NCBI GenBank assembly: GCA_963667015.2
Contig: CAXXJJ010000001.1
Span: 1,216,001 to 1,280,000, forward strand
Origin: Desulfatiglandales bacterium
GTDB lineage: Bacteria > Desulfobacterota > DSM-4660 > Desulfatiglandales > HGW-15
Length of the DNA: 64,000 bases
Direction: 5' to 3'
The notes under the pieces were generated by a model that saw only the letters and a program-made list of their open reading frames with translations, did no database searches and was not told where the DNA came from. Shown here piece after piece: positions 58,392 to 64,000 of this stretch (its first letter is position 1; each line of letters opens with the position of its first letter). The position numbers and the translations under genes were made by a program.

Positions 58392-59516
58392 ATGATTGAA
58401 CTATCGGAAAACATAAAGCTTTATGCAAATGATGATCTCTGGATTGAAGGTGATGCAGTAAACCAGTTACATAAAGTTGCTGAACTTGAAGGAGTCGAAG
58501 AAGCTGTCGGATTTCCTGACCTGCATCCAGGTAAGGATGGTCCTGTTGGGGCCGCTTTCGCCAGTGAGGGCATATTCTATCCGCATCTTATTGGTAACGA
58601 TATTGGGTGTGGAATGGGGTTATGGCGAACATCCTTAAAGGCTAACAAGATTAAACGAGATAAGTGGGTTAAGAAACTTACAGGTCTGGAACATCCATGG
58701 GACGGTGATATCAACGAATGGCTTGAAGAGCGCGGCGAGCCTTTAACACCATTTGATCAGGCCCTTGGAATAATTGGAGGAGGAAACCATTTTGCAGAAC
58801 TGCAGAAAGTTGAGAAGGTTCTGGATGATAAAGAATTTGAAGCAATCGGACTTGATAATAAAAACCTTGTGCTGCTTGTTCACAGCGGGTCCAGGGCGTT
58901 TGGCGAACAGATACTGCGAAGGCATGTAGATGTGAACAGGCATGGAGGTCTGTTAGAAGATTCAGAAGATTCACAGGCTTATATTGCACAGCATGATTCT
59001 GCTGTAAAATGGGCAGTATCTAACCGTGCCTTAATTGCCTATCGGTTTGTACTTAAACTCGGCGGTAAATGTGAGCCTGTATTAGATGTGGAGCATAATA
59101 GTATTTCTAAATTTAAAGATGGAGCAAGGGGGTACTGGCTGCATCGAAAAGGAGTTGTTCCTTCAAATAAAGGTCCTGTTGTAATTCCTGGTTCACGGGG
59201 AACTCTCAGCTACATTGTACAACCGGTTGGTGATCATAGAAATAATCTGTACTCGCTTGTGCATGGGGCAGGGCGTAAATGGAACAGGAGCAGCTGCAAA
59301 GGCAAATTAAAGGGGAAATACAGGGCTGAATCTCTTACCCATACTTCTCTGGGCAGTGCTGTAATCTGCGATGATAAAGAACTGCTTTATGAAGAAGCAC
59401 CCCAGGCCTATAAAAACATAGACGCTATTATTGAATATTTACAAAGTGAAGGCTTAATAAAAGTTATAGCGACATTAAGGCCTGTTATTACCTATAAAAT
59501 GAGGAAGAAAAGATGA
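58392..59516 (+). CDS. rtcB: RtcB-family RNA ligase, PrfH-coupled (RtcB2)
   Basis: PDLHPGK, GNDIGCG, GGGNHFAE, HSGSR, HRKG, HGAGR and EEAPQAYK. Confidence 0.95.
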   Translation: MIELSENIKLYANDDLWIEGDAVNQLHKVAELEGVEEAVGFPDLHPGKDGPVGAAFASEGIFYPHLIGNDIGCGMGLWRTSLKANKIKRDKWVKKLTGLEHPWDGDINEWLEERGEPLTPFDQALGIIGGGNHFAELQKVEKVLDDKEFEAIGLDNKNLVLLVHSGSRAFGEQILRRHVDVNRHGGLLEDSEDSQAYIAQHDSAVKWAVSNRALIAYRFVLKLGGKCEPVLDVEHNSISKFKDGARGYWLHRKGVVPSNKGPVVIPGSRGTLSYIVQPVGDHRNNLYSLVHGAGRKWNRSSCKGKLKGKYRAESLTHTSLGSAVICDDKELLYEEAPQAYKNIDAIIEYLQSEGLIKVIATLRPVITYKMRKKR

Positions 59517-60166
59517 TAAACTGGCTACAAGTAACATCAGGCAGAGGACCTTTAGAGTGCTGCTGGGTTGTGACACAGCTCATTAAAAGCATTACACGTG
59601 AAGCTGAAAAACAGAGTGTCAAAATAAGTCTTCTGGAATGTCTGCAATCTGAGAAACCCGGCATATACAAATCTGTGCTGCTGGCCATAGAGGGAGATAA
59701 ACTGGAGGCTTTCACGCAACAATGGAAAGGTACATTGCAGTGGATAGGAAACAGTATGTTCAGGAAAACCCATAAACGTAAAAACTGGTTTGTCGGTATC
59801 AACTGTCTTGTACCACCGGATTTAAATGATTGGGATGAAGAGGAAGTGCGTTTTGAAAGAATGAAGACTTCAGGCCCAGGTGGGCAGCATGTAAATAAAA
59901 CGGAATCAGCTATTCGCGCAATACATATGCCCACTGGAATCAAAGCGGTTGCACAGGAGGAGAGGTCTCAGCATCTCAATAAAAAACTGGCAATTGCGAG
60001 ATTGTTTATCTTACTAAAAGAAAAGGAGGAAAAGATCCTGGAAGAAAATAAAAAGACACGCTGGAAAGAGCATTATCAGCTTGAAAGGGGAAATCCGATA
60101 AGAGTGTATAAAGGGAAGGATTTCCAGCCCATTCTTGTTTCTTCCAGAGGAGTGTATCGGGGGTGA
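59513..60166 (+). CDS. prfH: Peptide chain release factor H
   Basis: LQVTSGRGPLEC, HKRKNWFVG, SGPGGQHVNKTESA and ERSQHLNK; ATGA overlap with rtcB. Confidence 0.95.
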   Translation: MINWLQVTSGRGPLECCWVVTQLIKSITREAEKQSVKISLLECLQSEKPGIYKSVLLAIEGDKLEAFTQQWKGTLQWIGNSMFRKTHKRKNWFVGINCLVPPDLNDWDEEEVRFERMKTSGPGGQHVNKTESAIRAIHMPTGIKAVAQEERSQHLNKKLAIARLFILLKEKEEKILEENKKTRWKEHYQLERGNPIRVYKGKDFQPILVSSRGVYRG

Positions 60167-60401
60167 ATTCAATTTCCTTCCCCCAGTTTCCGTTCCGATA
60201 TTGCCCCCTCTGCCTACAACTGGAGCGTTCCATTCCTGTTGATGATGGTTCAATAAACGTTTGGCGGGATGTTGTCGAGCCTCAGCAAACAGTTAATCTC
60301 CAAGGAAAAATCTTAATTTATCATCCAAACATCAGATTGTAAAAGAGACGGATCATATGTTATAGAAAATACACTAAATAATCCTAATTAAAGGTGAACT
60401 G

Positions 60402-61490
60402 ATGGCAAAAATAGTCTATGGCGTATCCGGCGAAGGTTCAGGGCACTCTTCACGCGCGTCCGAAATAATACCATTTCTTCTGGAGGAAGGACATGAGGTC
60501 AGGGCTGTTTCCTATGACCGGGGGTATAAGAATCTCAGGGACAGTTTTGATGTATTTGAGACAGAAGGCCTTACAATAGCAAGTGTCGACAATAAGGTTT
60601 CCATGGTAAAGACATTTACCGAGAACCTTAAGAGACTCCCGGAAGGGTATGATGCCCTTCAGAGGCTGAGAAAAGAAATCTTTAAAGAATTCCAGCCAGA
60701 CTGCGTTATCACAGACTTTGAACCGATGACAGCCTACCTTGCCAATCATTATAATTTACCCCTGATAACAGTTGATAACCAGCATCGTATTCGTTACATG
60801 GATTATCCCTGCCCGTCATACCTGAGTAAAGACCAGTTTATCACTGAAACGGTAATAAGGGCCATGGTTCCAAGGCCTGATGTGTCACTTGTTACGACAT
60901 TTTATTTTGGTGAAACCAAAAACGACAGGACATTCCTGTTCCCTCCAATTCTCAGGAGGCCTGTCCTTGAACTTACGCCATGTGAGAATGATCATATACT
61001 TGTTTATCTCACGAGCGGGTTTGAATCATTCATTGAACTGCTTCCAAAATTTAAACGGGAAAAATTCATACTTTATGGGTACGATAAAAACGAAGAACAG
61101 GAAAATATTATTTATAAGCCCTTCAGTAAGGAGGGATTTCTTGAAGATTTTTCTTCATGCAGGGCTGTGATGGCAACTGCCGGATTTACGCTTATGACAG
61201 AGTCTATTTATCTTAAAAAACCGTATCTCGCACTTCCCATGCTCGGTCAGTTTGAACAGGAATTAAACGGTCTTCTGCTTGAACAGACAGGTTTCGGAAT
61301 GAATCTCAGGAATATCAGGGATGAGGCAATCAGTACATTTTTATACAGGCTGCCCGAATACAGGTCAACGCTGATTGAGTCTGAAAGCTGGGATAACAGC
61401 CTGATAAAAAATAAGCTTAAGGAACTGCTTGATAATGACTGTTCAGGTGCGCTTGATTTTCACAGAAAACGGACAAATGTTGAAGGTTGA
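60402..61490 (+). CDS. MJ1255/VC2487-family glycosyltransferase
   Basis: YGVSGEGSGHSSR, ITDFEP, TAGFTLMTE and GQFEQ..N. Confidence 0.88.
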   Translation: MAKIVYGVSGEGSGHSSRASEIIPFLLEEGHEVRAVSYDRGYKNLRDSFDVFETEGLTIASVDNKVSMVKTFTENLKRLPEGYDALQRLRKEIFKEFQPDCVITDFEPMTAYLANHYNLPLITVDNQHRIRYMDYPCPSYLSKDQFITETVIRAMVPRPDVSLVTTFYFGETKNDRTFLFPPILRRPVLELTPCENDHILVYLTSGFESFIELLPKFKREKFILYGYDKNEEQENIIYKPFSKEGFLEDFSSCRAVMATAGFTLMTESIYLKKPYLALPMLGQFEQELNGLLLEQTGFGMNLRNIRDEAISTFLYRLPEYRSTLIESESWDNSLIKNKLKELLDNDCSGALDFHRKRTNVEG

Positions 61491-61558
61491 AACTAGTACT
61501 CTAAGAGATAAATGAAATGATTCAAAATTTTGCTAAAAGAATACAAAAAAAAGTATGT

Positions 61559-61685
61559 ATCTCGCAGAGCCCGCAGAGTACGCAGAGAAAAACAAAAGGC
61601 ATTGTTGATGTCAAAAAACTAAAATAGAAGCTTTGCTCTGTGCTCTCTGCGAACTCTAGTGACCGAAGGGAACGGGCGAGAGATA
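61559..61685. repeat. Inverted array of CGCAGAG-type 9-mer repeats
   Basis: CGCAGAG three times on the left, mirrored by CTCTGTG/CTCTGCG on the right. Confidence 0.6.
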
Positions 61686-61839
61686 TTCTTTTTAGTTTGA
61701 GGTATTATATTTATAAATTAGCTATCTGATCGTATTTTCTTTATATTTTTTTCTCGACGCAGGAATTGATTTCCCCTATACTTTCCTGTTTATTTAAATA
61801 TAATAGTGTAAATCTAGAAAGAATTATTAGCAGGAAATA

Positions 61840-63636
61840 ATGAAAAACATAAGAAATTTTAGCATAATCGCACATATTGACCACGGAAAATCCACCCTTG
61901 CGGACAGGCTTATCCAGTATTCGGGTCTTGTTAATGAACGGCAGTTCAGGGACCAGATGCTGGACAGCATGGATATTGAAAGGGAGAGAGGTATCACCAT
62001 AAAGAGTCAGGCAATTACTCTGCCCTACACCAGCAAAAAAGGTGAACTGTTTGAGCTGAACCTTATTGATACTCCCGGGCATGTGGACTTTTCATACGAG
62101 GTTTCACGGGCCCTGGCTTCATGTGAAGGTGCACTGCTTATTATTGATGCCTCACAGGGGGTCGAGGCTCAGACCCTTGCAAACCTCTATGCTGCCCTTG
62201 AACAGGATCTGGAAATAATACCTGTAATCAACAAGATCGATCTTCCCTCGGCTGATATAGAAAGGGTCAAGGAGGAGATTGAAATTGACCTGGGGCTTGA
62301 CTCTGATATGGCGATTCTATGTTCTGCCAAGGAAGGCACAGGCATCGAAGATATTCTTGAGGCCATAACCGAGTATATTCCGCCGCCAAAGGGCGACGCT
62401 GATGCGCCTTTACAGGCCCTGATCTTTGATGCGGATTATGATCCATTCAGGGGTACTGTCGTGTGCTGCAGGGTTTTTTCCGGAAGGCTTGAACCGCGCG
62501 ATACCATCAGGTTTATGTCCAATAAGGCAGCCTACAGGGTGGAAGAGGTCGGCAGGTTCGGAATCAGCAGGGAACCGTTGAAATGCCTTTCTGCCGGAGA
62601 TGTTGGGTATATAATAGCAGGAATCAAGACGGTAAGTGATACAAGTATTGGTGATACCATCACACTTGACAGCAACCCGGCGCCTAAACCTCTCCCCGGA
62701 TTCATGGAGGCAAAACCGGTTGTATTTTCATCCATATATCCGATGTCTTCGGAAGATTATGGGTCGCTTACCGATGCACTTGAAAAATACAAGCTCAATG
62801 ATGCGGCATTTGTGTACCAGAAGGACTCCTCCGCTGCCCTGGGCATGGGCTTCAGGTGCGGCTTTCTCGGGCTTCTGCACCTTGAAATAGTACAGGAAAG
62901 GCTTGAAAGGGAGTTCGATCAATCCATAATTATGACAGTTCCTTCAGTTGAGTACCACTTCGTGCTTACAAACGGTGAAGAGGTCAAAGTGGATAATCCC
63001 CTTTATTACCCTGATCCTGCAACCATAGAAATCTCCCTGGAGCCATATATTAAGACAAGTATTTTAATCCCCGAGCGGTACATGGGGGTGGTAATGGATC
63101 TGTGTCTTGAACGAAGAGGTGAAAATGCCAGGTTCAATTATCCCACTCCTGGAAGGGTGGAGATCAACTTTGATATGCCTCTGGCAGAGATACTTTATGA
63201 TTTTTATGACAGGCTTAAAACAGTAACACAGGGGTACGGGTCATTTGATTATGATATGCTTGATTACAGGAAAAACGACCTTGTAAAGCTTGATATCCTT
63301 GTCAACTCGGACAGGGTCGATGCCCTTTCTCAGATTGTCCACAGAGACAGGGCAAGGGCAAGGGCGTTACATGCCTGTGACAAGCTCAAGGACGAGATCC
63401 CAAGGCATATGTTTAAAATTGCCATTCAGGGGGCCATAGGCGGGAACATTATTGCAAGAAGCACTGTTAATGCCTTCAGAAAGGATGTTACGGCCAAATG
63501 TTATGGCGGAGATATCTCACGAAAGCGTAAACTCCTGGAGAAACAGAAAAAGGGAAAGAAGAGAATGAAGATGATTGGATCTGTATCTATCCCCCAGAGT
63601 GCCTTTGTGTCGGTGTTTAAGTCTGATAGCAATTAG
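61840..63636 (+). CDS. lepA: Translation elongation factor 4
   Basis: IRNFSIIAHIDHGKSTLADR, GFRCGFLGLLH and KCYGGDISRKRKLLEKQKKGKKRMK. Confidence 0.98.
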   Translation: MKNIRNFSIIAHIDHGKSTLADRLIQYSGLVNERQFRDQMLDSMDIERERGITIKSQAITLPYTSKKGELFELNLIDTPGHVDFSYEVSRALASCEGALLIIDASQGVEAQTLANLYAALEQDLEIIPVINKIDLPSADIERVKEEIEIDLGLDSDMAILCSAKEGTGIEDILEAITEYIPPPKGDADAPLQALIFDADYDPFRGTVVCCRVFSGRLEPRDTIRFMSNKAAYRVEEVGRFGISREPLKCLSAGDVGYIIAGIKTVSDTSIGDTITLDSNPAPKPLPGFMEAKPVVFSSIYPMSSEDYGSLTDALEKYKLNDAAFVYQKDSSAALGMGFRCGFLGLLHLEIVQERLEREFDQSIIMTVPSVEYHFVLTNGEEVKVDNPLYYPDPATIEISLEPYIKTSILIPERYMGVVMDLCLERRGENARFNYPTPGRVEINFDMPLAEILYDFYDRLKTVTQGYGSFDYDMLDYRKNDLVKLDILVNSDRVDALSQIVHRDRARARALHACDKLKDEIPRHMFKIAIQGAIGGNIIARSTVNAFRKDVTAKCYGGDISRKRKLLEKQKKGKKRMKMIGSVSIPQSAFVSVFKSDSN

Positions 63637-63708
63637 GCTGCGGGTTGATGCCGCTTATCATTATAATTTAGTAAGCAGGGTAAAGTGAAAATCAAGCTAT
63701 ATATGAAC

Positions 63709-63769
63709 AGGCTCAAGGCTCAAGGCTCAAGGCACGGGGAAAATGCTTTTTCCTTGCGCCCTGCGCCCC
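63709..63769. repeat. Heptamer tandem/inverted repeat (GGCTCAA x3 ... CCTTGCG-CCCTGCG)
   Basis: Directly visible 7-mer periodicity. Confidence 0.6.
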
Positions 63770-63831
63770 CTGTCCCGACAAAGCCTTTTGGCGACGGCGG
63801 ATGGGCCCTGCGCCACTTGTTTTAAGCTCCC

Positions 63832-64000
63832 ATGCCCAAACACCAGCAATCTGTACAGGAAGAAAATACTCCGCCCGCCGGATTATACATACATATCCCC
63901 TTTTGCAGATCAAAGTGCCCCTATTGTGATTTTTATTCAATTGCCTCATCTTCGCTTATTTCACGCTGGTTTGAATCCCTGAAAAAAGAGATAGTCCTTT
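63832..64000 (+). CDS. hemW: Radical SAM heme chaperone HemW, 3' partial
   Basis: GLYIHIPFCRSKCPYCDFYS; follows lepA; runs off the window end. Confidence 0.9.
   Translation, partial: MPKHQQSVQEENTPPAGLYIHIPFCRSKCPYCDFYSIASSSLISRWFESLKKEIVL

Noticed and set aside
60167..60300. Coding-like sequence after prfH
   Set aside because: No start/SD or recognisable motif; at most an unidentifiable remnant.
184..63982. The many short overlapping or antisense ORFs in the six-frame track
   Set aside because: They are shadows of well-supported genes and have no motifs of their own.

Overview
Chromosomal window from an anaerobic, selenocysteine-using bacterium; the gene content suggests Desulfobacterota (Deltaproteobacteria), which is an inference. 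Housekeeping blocks (rpsA-sppA, pilD plus a two-component pair, a selenocysteine formate dehydrogenase split by an in-frame UGA, alaC-hom-apgM-thiD, lepB, map, selB-xdhC, dgkA, lepA-hemW) frame two accessory regions. (1) About 19.4-37.5 kb: a mosaic type III-A CRISPR-Cas locus (cas6, NE0113-type CARF, csm1-5, csx20, TIGR02710 CARF-HEPN, cas1, two cas2, 10-spacer array). It carries two RelE-type toxin-antitoxin pairs, several recombination scars, and one 12-bp palindromic motif placed 61-64 bp before each of three cas start codons. (2) About 51.2-60.2 kb: a defence/RNA-repair island with two Pol-beta nucleotidyltransferases, an IetA/IetS-like AAA+S8 protease pair and an rtcB-prfH operon. The best candidate for an undescribed system is the leader of that operon: promoter, Leu/Tyr-rich leader peptide, four-arm terminator/antiterminator switch, tRNA-Tyr(GTA), tRNA-Leu(TAA), then a SEC-C gene apparently reached by a prfB-like +1 frameshift, then rtcB and prfH. 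This looks like a translation-stress-sensing ribosome-repair module. A chromosomal DfrA1-like dihydrofolate reductase without an attC site is also notable. All family calls come from recognising motifs by eye; no searches were run.
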